Shown: positions 27,884 to 40,985 of the stretch, piece after piece | Layout: every line of letters starts with the position of its first letter | Numbering within the stretch: position 1 is the stretch's first letter | DNA from: Octopus sinensis | Lineage: Eukaryota | Assembly: GCF_006345805.1 (NCBI RefSeq) | Contig: NC_043009.1 | Location: 52,886,001 to 52,950,000, forward strand | Direction: 5' to 3' | Length of the DNA: 64,000 nucleotides | The notes under the pieces: model-generated | Databases searched by the model: none | Told to the model about the DNA's origin: nothing | What the model saw: only the letters and a program-made list of their open reading frames with translations | Program-made: the position numbers and the translations under genes

Positions 27884-28273
27884 GGTGCAGGAGTGGCTGT
27901 GTGGTGAGTAGCTTGCTAACCAACCACATGGTTCCGGGTTCAGACCCACTGCGTGGCATCTTGGGCAAGTGTCTTCTGCTATAGCCTCGGGCCAACCAAT
28001 GCCTTGTGAGTGGATTTGGTAGACGGAAACTGAAAGAAGCCTGTCATATATATGTATATGTATGTATGTGTTTGTGTGTCTGTACCCCTAGCATTGCTTG
28101 ACAACCGATGCTGGTGTGTTTACGTCCCCGTCACTTAGCGGTTCGGCAAAAGAGACCGATAGAATAAGTACTGGGCTTACAAAGAATAAGTCCCGGGGTT
28201 GAGTTGCTCAACTAAAGGCGGTGCTCCAGCATAGCCGCAGTCAAATGACAGAAACATGTAAAAGAGTAAAGAG
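27884..28273 (+). mobile_element. SINE family A copy
   Basis: Near-identical to the copies at 6115 and 38809. Confidence 0.9.
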
Positions 28274-28569
28274 TATAACCTTATGAAACATCTTTATATT
28301 GTATTTTGACTACTGACTATACAATCAAAAGGTTGCACCAGGTTATTATTATTATTTCATGGTTCAATGAGTTTGTAGAAGGAAGCACAGCCAATGTTGA
28401 GTAAATACTATTTATTAAACAGGATAGTTAATCGGCAAAAATATTTGTACTGACAAAATATTTAAATATAAACACTTGCACCAAAACACCCACCCCGTTT
28501 AGCACTAGAGTGGAAACCCAGATCTTTCACAACACACACACATGCATGTACAATACTTTTTTTTCTTTA

Positions 28570-29002
28570 TACTCTTTACTCTTTTACTTGTTTCAGTCAT
28601 TTGACTGCGGCCATGCTAGAGCACCACATTTAGTCGAGCAAATTGACCGCGGGTCTTATTCTTTGTAAGCCTGGTACTTATTCTACTGGTCTCTTTTGCC
28701 GAACCGCTAAGTTACGGGGACGTAAACACACCAGCATCGGTTGTCAAGCGATGTTGGGTTGGGGGGACAAACACAGACACACAAACACACACATGCATAC
28801 ATACATATATATATGTATACATATATATATATATATATACGACAAGCTTCTTTCAGTTTCCATCTACCAAATTCACTCACAAGGCTTTGGTCGGCCAGAG
28901 GCTATAGTAGAAGACACTTGCCCAAGGTGCCACGCAGTGGGTTTGAAACCGGAACCATGTGGTTGGTATGCAAGCTACTTACCACACAGCCACTCCTGCA
29001 CC
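28570..29002 (-). mobile_element. SINE family A copy, inverted relative to 27884
   Basis: Reverse complement of the family sequence. An older copy follows at about 29030-29440. Confidence 0.9.
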
Positions 29003-29882
29003 TATGATTCAGTAAGCAATATTTTTTTTTATCTTTTACTTGTTTCAGCTATTAGACTGCAGCCATGCTGGAGCACCACCTCATTCCTTGAAGGGTTGTC
29101 AAACAAATCAACCCAAGTACTTCTTTTGGGTTTTTGGGTTTTTTTTCTCTTAAAGCCTACTACTTAGTCTATCGGTCTCTTTTGCCAAACTACTACTGCT
29201 ACAGGGATGTAAGCAAACCAACACAGGTTGTCAAGTGGTGGCAGGGGACAAACACAAATGCACACACACAAGGGGCTTCATTCAGTTTCTGTCTACCAAA
29301 TCAACTTACAAGGCTTTGGTCTGCTTAAAATTCAAGGACTATCATAAAACACACTTGCCCAAGGTGCCATGCAGCGGGACTGAACTCAAGGCAACATGGT
29401 TTTGGGAAGCAAGCTGCTTAACCACATACCCACTCCTGCCCAATCAATGACTGTGTTCAGGGCCTCCAAGAAAGTGAACAAGAACATTAACTTCACACAA
29501 GACACCTGACTTGCCACAAAGTTTCCGCAACTGAAGACATCCAATTACAGAGTGACAGTGTTTAAACTAATTGGTAGAATAAATTTATTAACCGACAATA
29601 CAAACAGGCCTTCAGTTATGCTTCCCCAGTTTCACTCACATATATTGGGCCAACGCATGTTTATGACAAGAAACATCCATCGAAGGTATGGTGAAACAGA
29701 ATACAAAACCACTGTTGTGATCTGAGCCCATTCTGTCCACAGCAACTATGGGCCACCACCACCAAAATCTAAAAGTACCATTTTTTTATCTTTCATCTGT
29801 ATCAGTCATCAGAATGCAGCCATGCAGGGTGAGGGTGGGGCAGACTGCCTTGAAGTGTTTAGTCAAACAAATCAACCCCAAT

Positions 29883-29928
<46 letters not shown>

Positions 29929-30077
29929 CAATAATTAAGGGCTCCCTTAATTATTGTTATAATTATATATGAAACTTCTTGTATAAGTTTTTACCAAATA
30001 TGGTTCCTTTCCATACCGAAACTACTTGGTGAAATTTATTGATTATAAATTAATAATTTTTTACCCTATATCTATAA

Positions 30078-30124
<47 letters not shown>

Positions 30125-30475
30125 GGTACTTATCCTATCAGTGTTGCTGAACCACTAAGATACAAGGATGTAAATAACCCAACACCAGTTGTCAAGTAGT
30201 GGAGGAGAACAGACACAAAGGTCCACACGTGTAGGGCTTCCACACAGTTTCCATCAACCAAATTCACTCACAGGAGGTACCCAAAATGATTCTTCATGGC
30301 ACATTGTAGCATGCAGTGTAGTCCTCAGCTGGACAGAGATGTAATTACGAGGATATATATATGTGTGGATTACACCTCAGCGCTCAGCAAATTAGCCGCA
30401 TGCCATGTTTTTATTTGTGGGTAGCTTTACAGAATGGCAAACATTGCAGTTTATTCAAAATATTTATGACTTTAA

Positions 30476-30696
30476 CCCTTTAGTGTTCACATTATTCTGC
30501 CAAAATTAATGCTTTTTAATCCACATTGTTTTGAACTAATCATGCATTATCTTGTAGCTATGAGATTTTGATGAGGTAGCTGTTAATTTTTAAAATGATA
30601 TTGTAGGGTTGGTGTGAGAGACCAGATCTGGTCAGTTTGAACATAAAACAGGCAGAATACTTTTGGCTGGATATGGCCGGTTTAAATGCTAAAGGG
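30476..30696. mobile_element. piggyBac-like MITE (relatives near 1383, 31895, 39970)
   Basis: TTAA|CCCTTTAG ... CTAAAGGG|TTAA. Confidence 0.8.
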
Positions 30697-31344
30697 TTAA
30701 CAACAGTCCAGTAAGGAATCTAAGCGGTCAGCTGAACTGCTGGAAACAAGCCAAATCTTTCTCCCTTAAATTATACCATACAATTTTAAACAAGGTAAGA
30801 TACAATGAAGTAATGTAGTTTTATTACGTAGTTGTACTGTTTGAAAAAAAAAAAATGAGAACCACAACACTGATAGATTCAAATGCACAAATCACTTATA
30901 TATCTGTGTTAGAATATTTAAAACAATCAATGAACGAGAACATACACACACACATAGACATCCACTGGCGATCCAATAACAGGAATGGTCAGAGAGAGAC
31001 AAGGAACTGTTGGCAGAGTTGAAAGCAAATAAATGTGGGAGGAAATTGAGGAATAATGAACGGAAATTAGATATAGATGAAACAAGATGGAAACAAAGCA
31101 CAAACAAGTAATCATAAGAAAACAAAGGAAAAAAAAAATCAAAAATACTTTCGGTAATAATAATCCTTTCTGCTATAGGCACAAGGTTAGCTGATTACAT
31201 TGACCCCAGAATATAGCTGGTACTTACTTTACTGACCCCAAAAGATGAAAGGCAAAGTTGAACCCAGAACTTAACGATGGACAAAATGCTGCTAAGCATT
31301 TTGCCTGATGTCCTAATGATTCTGTCAGCTCATTGCAATAATAA

Positions 31345-31545
31345 ATGATAACCCTTTCTGAAATTTTTGGGGTAGGGGACTAGTTGATTACATCGACCCC
31401 AGTGTTTCACTGGTACTGAATTTATCAACCCTGAAAGGATGAAAGGCAAAGTTGACCTAGGCAGAATTTGAACTCAGAATGTAAAGCAGGATGAAATGCT
31501 GCTAAGCATTTCGTCCGGCATGCCAACAATTCTGCCAGCTCCCCA
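31345..31545 (-). mobile_element. Nin/Deu-domain-like tRNA SINE (others near 19850, 31165, 35340, 41072)
   Basis: GGTACT..TTTATC(G/A)ACCC..AAAGGATGAAAGGCAAAGT core plus B-box GAGTTCAAATT on the minus strand. Domain name from memory. Confidence 0.7.
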
Positions 31546-32826
31546 TAATAATAATAATAATAATAATAATAAACAAAAGGAAACTCAAAATAGAAACTTC
31601 CACCTAAAAAAAAAAAATATGTCAACCAGAAAACCATGTGAATAAACAAGCATTCCCCTTTTAAGTAACATAACTACTAAAGGGTTAAACTGCTGTTCTC
31701 TGGACCCTAATCCATTATCTTGTTTTCCTCTCGTCTACGATATTCTGTCCTCAAGTTTTCTGTCAATCAATACCTTTTGAATTTGTAGGCCCCCCCCCCT
31801 TCTTTGTAGTCCTTGTGCTACTGTGGCCTCAAGCCTTGTTTGGGACAAAATCCTTTTGAGACACACAGTGTTTTGGTATGTGTCATATTACTCAAAGGTA
31901 ATGCTCGTTTATTGACATTGTTTTCTATTAAACATGCATTATCTCATAGATTCGATATTTTGATAATGTGATTGCTTATTTTCAGAATGACATTGTGGGG
32001 CAGGTGTGAGAGACTAGATCCGATTAGTTTGAATATAACGCTGGTAGAATATTTTTGACCTGATATAGCCAGATTAAATGCTAAATGGTTAAGGAAAGAA
32101 GCTATCAGAACAAGAAGCTCAACAAAGGAATGATGCACCTAAAAAGAGAAGCAAATGATTTGTTTAAAGGTCTTGACAGGAAGTACAAACCCAGAAACTT
32201 CATCAAAGCAATGACCAAGGAAATACTTATAGAAAAGACGCAGCAAAGATACATTTTGATGATGAGCCAAAGTACTTGTAATTGTGCTAAGAATTGTCTA
32301 GCTTACTTTACAATGTCTTCTGTGACTTGTGAATGTTGTGGAGGTGTAGAATGTCACACCTAGTATGTGGATCATGTGTGTGCTATATGTTTATATGGTT
32401 GAGTTGATTGTGTTTGATACTATCAGGTGTTGCTGATAAGGGAGATGGAGGATTTGGTAGGTTAAGCCTGCTATTGTGGAATCAGGTTTCTAGAGGTTTT
32501 TATATATGACTGAGTAGCAGTACAGCAGAGTCTGGAGAAAGGTAAGACTCTGTGTGTGTGTGATGCCATGTATGTGTGAGACTGTCAGTGAGGGCAGCAG
32601 CCTGCTGGTGAACATGAAAGTAAATACAACAGGTAAATCAGCAAAGTAAAGAAAGCAACAACAAAAGATGAAGGTGGGGCAAGTAAATATCATCATGATG
32701 TAATAAATGTAACACTTTAAAGACTGAAAGGCACTCCCAGCCTTGACAATATTTGAAACCTGAACACAAAGAGCTAGCAGAAATGCTAGTTTTAAGGAGA
32801 AAGGCTTAGTTGATAACATCAACCTT

Positions 32827-32970
32827 GTACTCAACTAACACTTATTTTATTGACCTCCAAAATAGTTGGCTGGCTTTGTACCTCCACAATTCAGTCACGT
32901 ACTCAACTAACACTTATTTTATTGACCTCCAAAATAGTTGGCTGGCTTTGTACCTCCACAATTCAGTCAC
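32827..32970. repeat. Perfect tandem duplication of a 72-bp unit
   Basis: 32827-32898 is identical to 32899-32970, with GTAC microhomology at the junctions. Confidence 0.95.
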
Positions 32971-35900
32971 GTACGTCCCATTCATTCCTCTACTTTTTGT
33001 CAGCCTTGCTGCATCAGACACAACCCCTGCACTAACCACTAAATGTAAGTTCTTCCACCCCTGAACGACATCTCTCTGGAATGAACTCTTCCAACCCTCA
33101 TTCACATCTTTCCTTGCAACAATTGAAACAAAACAATGGCATTGACACCAATGGTCGTAGAGGGCCTTCAAACATTTTGGGTAATGCCCCTCCTTCTAGA
33201 CTCAGCAAGTAAAAAAAAAAAAACAAGAAAAGAGACTCAATAAGAATATTTACTGAGTTACAGGTTAGACAAGTTAAATGTTTGGACTTTCTTCCCACAA
33301 TATGTCAATTAAACAAAAAACATTTGTGCAGCCAATCCAATGAAGAGGCCTTCCAACATGGCTGTTCAACATAACCGAAATTGTAAAATAACAAACCAGG
33401 AACCGGTCAGGGAGCTTACTGGATTCATTAACTTAATGTAGTAGAAAAGCTAAGTACAGAAATTCTGCACCAGAGGATTATTCTTTTAATTGTTTCAGTC
33501 ATTTCACTGTGGCCATGCTGGAACACCACCTCAAAGGCGTTTTAGTCCAACAAATTGACCCCAGGACTTATTTCTGAAGCCTAGTACTTATTCTATCAGT
33601 CTTTGCCAAACTACTAGGCTAAGAGGACATAAACACACCAACACCAATTGTCAAATGGTGATAGGGTGACAAACACAGACACAAAGACTCACATGCACAC
33701 ACACACACGTGTGTATATATATAATAATTTGAGGGAATATTATTCCTAACGTACAGGGAAAAATTCAATTTAGAAATACTAAATCAAATTTCACAAAATA
33801 TAATATATATAATAATTAGAAAAAACCACCTTTTATCAATTCAAAATGAACAATTAAATTACAACATCTAGAAAATTAATTTTCTAGATGGTGTAATTTA
33901 ATTGTTCATTTTGAATTGATAAAAGGTGGTTTTTTTCTAATTTATATATATATACAACTGGCTTCTCTCATTTTCTATCTGCCAAATCCACTCACAAAGC
34001 TTTGGTCAGTCTGGGGCTACAGTAGAAGACACTTGCCCACACAGTGGGACTGAACCCAGAACCATCTGGTTGAGAAAGAAGCAAGCTTCTTATCACACAG
34101 CCATGCTTATGCCTACATATTTCTTTCGGCAAACTCCCAATCATTTTAAACTTAAGGACTACAAGGGTAAATAATGTCAGTTCTATGCAATGCAATCAAC
34201 AGACCAACACAAGATTTTGAAAAAAATCCCTTACAGTAAACTCCCTGATGCACTTATAATAGAGACCAAATGAAAACAAAGAGATGAAAAAGGCAACCAT
34301 TTAATTTGTTCACAGGCCTGTGTGATAGAAAGTTTGCTTCCAAACACATGGTTCTGGGTTCAGTCCTACTTTGGGTAAGCCTAGAGTTAAACTGGTAAAT
34401 GGAAAAATGGAAACTGAAAGAATCTTGGTGTATACATGTCTGTGTATGTGTATATCTTTGTGTTGTTTGTCTCCAACATCACTTGACAAATGGTGTTGGT
34501 TTGTTTAGACCCCGTAACTTAGTGGTTTGACAAAAGAGATTGATAGAATAGGTACCAGACTTAATAAGTACTGAGTCAATTTTTTCAGCTACACCTTTCA
34601 AAGTGGTATCCCAGCATGGTTGCAGTCCAATGACTGAAACAGGTAAATGGTAATATCATCCAGGTCACTGCAGTCCCAACTGACTTTTAAATAAAAAATA
34701 AAAATAAAAAACAACAACAACAACAAATGAGGCAATGAAACAGCCAGAAGTTGCTTTCAGCAAACTTGGCCATATTTGCAACTTTCAGCCTTAGGACTAT
34801 ATAAGATAACCAGTTTCACAATAAAAACAATAAGGCAACATTTAGAATTTCTACTCAGACAATAATAACTATTTATAAATGAGTTACCCTCAAATGAGCA
34901 ATGTTGTTCATTTTGCCTTCTGTGAAAAATAAGTCTGGTCATGGGGACTTATTAACTTATTAAGCAGGTGGGTGTGACAGGAAGGGCATCCAGCCATAGA
35001 ATATCTGCTTTAATATACTCCATCTGACCCATGCAAGCATGGAAAGATGGACATACTATGGTGATGACAATGAAGTTTGACACAGAGTCATATCAGACAT
35101 ATTATGAGCATCTTATACATGTAAGGTGCTAGTATGTGTTGTGGTGTATTTATGTCTTTAAATACCTTTTTTTTGAGTTGTTCAACTGTTTGATGGCTTA
35201 TGATTATTTTAATAATATCTACAATACATATAAGACCCATGGAAACTTTTAAAACTAAACTGTCAATTCTGTTATGAACAACCTTACTTCATATTTTAAG
35301 TATTCTACAAGAGAGAGAGAGATGACCTTGGTTATAATGGTTTCTGAATTTGGCACAAAAACCCAGCAATTTTTTGAAGCGAGGGAGTTAGTCAATACTG
35401 TACTTGACTGTTACTTTATTTCATCACACTTGGAAGTATAAAAGGCAAAGTCGACCTTGACAAGATTTGAAACCAGAACGTAAAGAGCCAAAAGAAATAC
35501 TACATGGCATTTTGCCCAGTTCTCTAACAATTTGACTTTTAATAATGACAAACAATGAAGATATACTGTGACCCAAGGACTGCCCCACACTGGAACCAAA
35601 TGAACAATGAACCCATTCAGTTTTGCAATTATGACCACATGAGCCAATAAGAAATTTCTTTAGTCTGACCTATTTCAATATAACTAATATATTTCCAGTC
35701 ATCTACATACACTTTGTTTACTGAAAAACCACAGAGAATAATTTAGACCTTCATATCTCTGAGAAGGGTCAAATGCTATAACGTTCATATAAAAGGGGTC
35801 AAATCAACTTCATAATCCTGTCCCCTCAAGAATGCGTCCTTATGATAATTACCATTAATATATGTATTAATGCAAGAAGTTTAATGTGAATCTGTGTCCA

Positions 35901-36063
35901 AATATTTGTGTAGGTGTGACAGTGTATGTCTACACATATGTATGGGAAAGCCAGTCCAGTGTTTGTTAGTAAATATATTTAAATAACCATTGATGTGAAT
36001 ATATGCACATAAATACACCTGTGTTTACAGGACAGCATATATAAATAGATGTGAAAGTATGTA

Positions 36064-37103
36064 CAGAGTGTGGAGAATAAACTGTCACCTAAATTACGCA
36101 ATAATGAAAATAACACTGACATCTCATTTTAACAGATATATTTACCAAAATTATATGAAAATATTTTGAAATACTAAAGAGTAAATTTATTCAATAAAAT
36201 TGCCAGTGGCTTCAACCACTGCCTCCAGATGACTTTGGAATCTCCTGCAACTCTTTTAGATGGTCTCTTTGCTTAAGTTTGTCAATGCTGTCATAATCCT
36301 TGCCTTCAGTTCATCTTTGGTGTTACAAGGAGTTTTATTGGACTCTTGCTCAACTGCACACCACACATAATAACCAGTCTGGGGAGTTAGGTGGCCAGAT
36401 GTTAGGGGTGATGTGGTCGCAGTAACTGTCTGACAGCCATGACTGAGTTCTCTTGCTTGTGAGGCATGGTGCAGTCCTGTTGCCAGACACAGGGTCTTCC
36501 AGCAGTCACCTTCTTGACCCAGGGCAGCACTACCCCCTCCTCTAGTCACATGATGGCCGCCATATTGAGTCTGAGGCCATGTGGGAAGATGAATGGAGGC
36601 ATAACGTCATCATTACTAGTGATCACTCCAGACACCATGATGTTGACTGGATGTTTGATTTTTATCACTCTTGGTACATGTTTTGGGGACATGACAAGCC
36701 AATGGTTATTTTGTATGTTCACCATCGGATCCTAGCAGAAATTTTTCTTATCTGAGGAAAACTAAAGCATGTTCGGGCGGAGGGGATGCTTGAGTTTGTT
36801 CAAAAGCTTCAAAGTGTGGTCTTTCCTCTTGTCCTTGATGGTTTGGGATAAAAATTGGCCCTTGCACATCTTGTATGAAGAATACCAAATGTCTTCATGC
36901 ACTACCTGCCTGATAAGAAACTCAGACACTCCCATGTCCCTGGCAATGGACCTGATTGACTTGATGGGACCATTGTCAATCAAGGCCTGGATCTCACCAA
37001 CAAATTCAGGAGTTCTTTTCTTATCACCATTAGCCCCACCCAACTCTTTCCGAATCCTCTGCACTGTCCTCAGATTGACACCCAAACACTCCGAAATGTT
37101 CAT
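36064..37103 (-). mobile_element. Degenerate Tc1/mariner transposon, DD37D (maT)-like transposase pseudogene, 5' end lost
   Basis: HTH region SIRSIARDMGVSEFLIRQVVHED, then FSSD, WQQD, IWPPNSPD..YYVW, with frameshifts and stops. One TIR after TA at 36062-36063. Confidence 0.9.
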
Positions 37104-37799
37104 AGATGGAAACTGAAAGAAGCCAGTCATATGTGTGTGTGTGTGTGCACCATTGTGTCTGAGTTTCTCCACCCTCATCCATCACTGCTTGACAGCCTGT
37201 GTTGGTGTGTTTACATCCCTGTAACTTAGCAGTTCAGCTAAGAAACTGACAGAATAAGTACCAGACTTTAAAAAAAGCCCTGGAGTCAATTTGCTCAATT
37301 AAAGCCTTTGAAGGAGGTGCCCCAGCCTGGCCACAGTCAGATGACTGAAACAAGTAAAAGTAGTGTAGTGTGTGTGAGTGGGGGGGGAGAAGGAGAGTGA
37401 TTTGAGGTAGATTTAGCTGCTATCGATAGCAGCTACAGCAACAGTACAGAAGCTCCACCATTAGTTTGTAGAATGAGATGTTACTAGAAAGAATCTAGTT
37501 TTTTTTTTCTCATTTCAATTTATTTGCTGTTTTCCATATGTCTGCATCATAAAGCTGCTGCACAGGTCAACTAACATCAATACCCTGAATATATATACAT
37601 AAAACTCTTGTGAAAGTGCCAAAAGATAACAGTTTTGGTAGACTGCACTGAAACGTGCATGTCTGTTAGCTGTTTTTGAAGTCCTTCAAATCTTAGGACA
37701 CATTAATGACAATTCTTCATAGAGCTTACTTGCAAAGCTGAAGAAATCTAACGAAGAGAAGTTCCAAGACCTTCATCTCTACCCTGAATTCAATCCACA

Positions 37800-38153
37800 A
37801 CAATAACAACAGTCTGAGACCCCCTTTAGTCATGACACAGACCATCGGATTGTACCTAGAAAGTTACCCTTCCAGGCACAAGTCCGGGCAAGGTTGTTTA
37901 TGGAAGATCAGCAGTCACCCATGCATACCAGCCTCCCTTCTCCATGGCACCAGTGTTATCCAAGGGAAAGGCAAAGGCCGATACAGCTTGGCACCTGTGA
38001 CATCACAACTCATTTCTACAGCTGAGTGAACTGGAGCAAAGTGAAATAAAGTGTCTTGCTCAAGAACACAACACACAGCCCGGTCCAGGATTCGAGCACG
38101 CAACCTCACAATCGTAAGCTCGATGCTCTAACCACTGAGCCATGCACCTTCAC
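37800..38153 (-). mobile_element. tRNA-derived SINE family C, with an inverted internally deleted copy at about 38210-38385
   Basis: Head GTGAAGGTGCATGGCTCAGTGGTTAGAGC..CTCGAATCC and TTCTTGAGCAAGACACTTT. Related heads at 6566 and 14055. Confidence 0.8.
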
Positions 38154-38808
38154 AACAGTAACTACCACCATTCCAGCAACTGCAGTAGCAGACACCTAGC
38201 TCTCAAATGGTATATGGCTCAGTGGTTACAGTGTTTGGCTCACAATCATGAGGTAGCTAGTTCAATTCCCAGACCAGGCTGTGTGTTGTGTTCTTGAGCA
38301 AGACACTTTATTTTCTTCCATAAACAACCTTGCTCAGACTTGTGCCTCAGAGGGGAACTTTCCAGATGCAATCTCATGATCATTTACCTTTTTTTTAGCT
38401 CTCAAATCATACAATCATCTTATAAAAATGAAGCATAGATTGGCTGTGTGATCCCAAATGTATAAAAAGGTATGGTCATGGCTGGAATACCTTCAATCAT
38501 AAATGAACCCACAGAGTTGAACTACAGATAAATTAATACTGCTACCCCCACATCAGCAGCAGATTTAACCAACATCACTCAAGCATCACTTTTAGATTCT
38601 TAACTTTCATTCCTGTCATCCTCATCATTTCAACATCCACTTTTCCATGCTTGAATGGGTCAGATGCTGTGTGCTGAGGTAGATTTTTTACAGCCAGATG
38701 CCCTTCCTGTCACCAACCCTCACTTGTTTACAAGCAAGGAAATATCTCCCCATGGGCAGGCATATTTTGAGCAGAATATTACAAATTATTGACATTGTTG
38801 GTATGATA

Positions 38809-38971
38809 GGTGCAGGAGTGGCTGTGTGGTAAGTAGCTTGCTAACCAACCACATGGTTCCGGGTTCAGTCCCACTGCATGGCATCTTGGGCAAGTGTCTT
38901 CTGCTATAGCCCCGGGCCGACCAATGCCTTGTGAGTGGATTTGGTAGACGGAAACTGAAAGAAGCCTGTCG

Positions 38972-39004
<33 letters not shown>

Positions 39005-39205
39005 TTGTGTGTCTGTGTTTGTCCCCCTAGCATTGCTTGACAACCGATGCTGGTGTGTTTACGTCCCCGTCACTTAGCGGTTCGGCAAAAGAGACCGATA
39101 GAATAAGTACTGGGCTTACAAAGAATAAGTCCCGGGGTCAATTCGCTCAACTAAAGGCGGTGCTCCAGCAAATGACTGAAACAAGTAAAAGAGTAAGAGT
39201 AAAGA
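38809..39205 (+). mobile_element. SINE family A copy
   Basis: Near-identical to 27884-28273 with a small deletion in the tail. Confidence 0.9.
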
Positions 39206-40443
39206 GTAGTGACACCTGCTTGCAACTATCACACAAAATAAAGAACAGGAAAAGCACACAAGCACATATACACATACACACACAATAGGCCCTTTCCAGT
39301 TTTTATCTTCAAATCTACTCACAAAGCTTTGGTCAGACCAGGTGTCTACACAGTGGGACTGATCCCCATGACCATGTGGTTGAAAGCAAACTTAGCCACA
39401 CAGCCACGCCTGCATTTCCAGTGATTGATAAATTAACATCAGGTAAAATTTAAACACAAACCTACAATTCACAAGGTATCTGATAGCACAAAGTCTCCAG
39501 TCCATGACCACACCATCTCGATGCCTAAGTGTATCCAGCCACACCACCACCTGACCCTTGAACGGCTTTAGTAGATTATAATATAGCACAAGCAGCAGCA
39601 CCAGACACCGGTCAGCAGGATAACATAACAGCACACCAATACCCTCAATACATCCCTAGACACTAAAACCTGGTGGCCACTGGATAATTCTCCTCCCTCT
39701 ACTCTGATATATATGTATTCCAACCCAACCGAGACACCCATACACTAGCATAGCTGATGGTGGGGAGCACTTTTAAGTCTGCTGTACACCATATGTTTTT
39801 TGTGGGGTCTGGGGGCAGCAAATGAAAGGGCCACTACTAAATTTTATTAAATTCTTCATTATTTTCAAAATTAATTGATACAAAGGCAGTGCATTTCAAA
39901 TGTAATAAGGCAACAAAACAATTAATAAAAATGTGAACAAATTTCGTTACGCTTTGTAATTTTTAACCTTAACCCTTAAGCATTCGGATTAGTCAGTCAA
40001 ATGTAATGCCTATTTATTCACACTGTTCTGAGTTAATCGTGCATTATCTTGTAACTCTGAGACTTCAGTGGTGTTTTTGTTTAGTTTTAGAATGACATTG
40101 TAGGGTAGGTGTAAGAGGCTAAATCTAGCCAGTCTGAACATAAAATAGCTGGAATATTTGAACCGGATATTAAATTTCCCAAACAAAATGAACCTGAAGA
40201 ACATAACCCATGACAAACCATTATCAAAAACCATTATCAAAATTACAAACCATATCAAAAAGGGTTAAAACACTTTTTTGCTTTGTTTTAGCTTTCCATG
40301 TTAGATATACCAGTAATTATTTTCTCATTACCAAATATAGGACATAATCTAGGGGAAGTTTTACTAATATTTCTAGTAGGTCTAGCTACCATATAAAAAG
40401 TCTTTTGTTGACTAGTGTAGATTAGCTGGATTCAGTGTAGAGT

Positions 40444-40985
40444 CCAGTTCTATATTTAAAAGACGAGGAATTTATGTACATCATTTACATTAGACAGATA
40501 TTTGCCTCATCTTGCTTTTTAACACATTTTGGCTGATAACCCTCCAGCCTTCATCAGGTATCTCGGGTAAATTTCGAACCTGGGTTCTCACTCCTAAGGT
40601 ATTTTTAGATGGTGTTGTTGTTATTATTATTATTAATATTATTATCATCATCATCACCATCATTATTCAGGTTACTGTTTGGAATCGAACTCAGAATCTT
40701 GGGGTTTGTAGCCCACGCTCTTAACCACTATGCCCACAGGCATATGGTATAGTGGTTAAGAGTGCAGGCTACTAACCCCAAGATTCCAAGTTCGATTCCA
40801 AGCAGTGACCTGAATAATAATAATAATAATAATAACATCGAAAAATACTTTAGGAATGAGAACCCAGGTTTGAAATTTCCCCAAGACACCTGATGAAGAA
40901 GGCTGGAGGGTATATCAGCCGAAACGTGTTAACAACAAGCAAGATGAGGACAAATATCTGTTAAATGCAAATAATGTAAATAATG
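40444..40985. mobile_element. Palindromic retroelement with tRNA-like heads and hammerhead-like cores (Penelope-like, non-autonomous)
   Basis: Inverted arms of about 250 bp. 12-bp TSD TCAGTGTAGAGT (40432-40443, 40986-40997). A/B boxes. CTGATGA..GGCTG-loop-CAGCC-GAAAC. Confidence 0.75.

Noticed and set aside
40670-40810. Functional tRNA genes (also the heads at 11090-11163 and 38080-38153)
   Set aside because: A/B boxes are present but acceptor stems are incomplete, and each runs into a repeat body.
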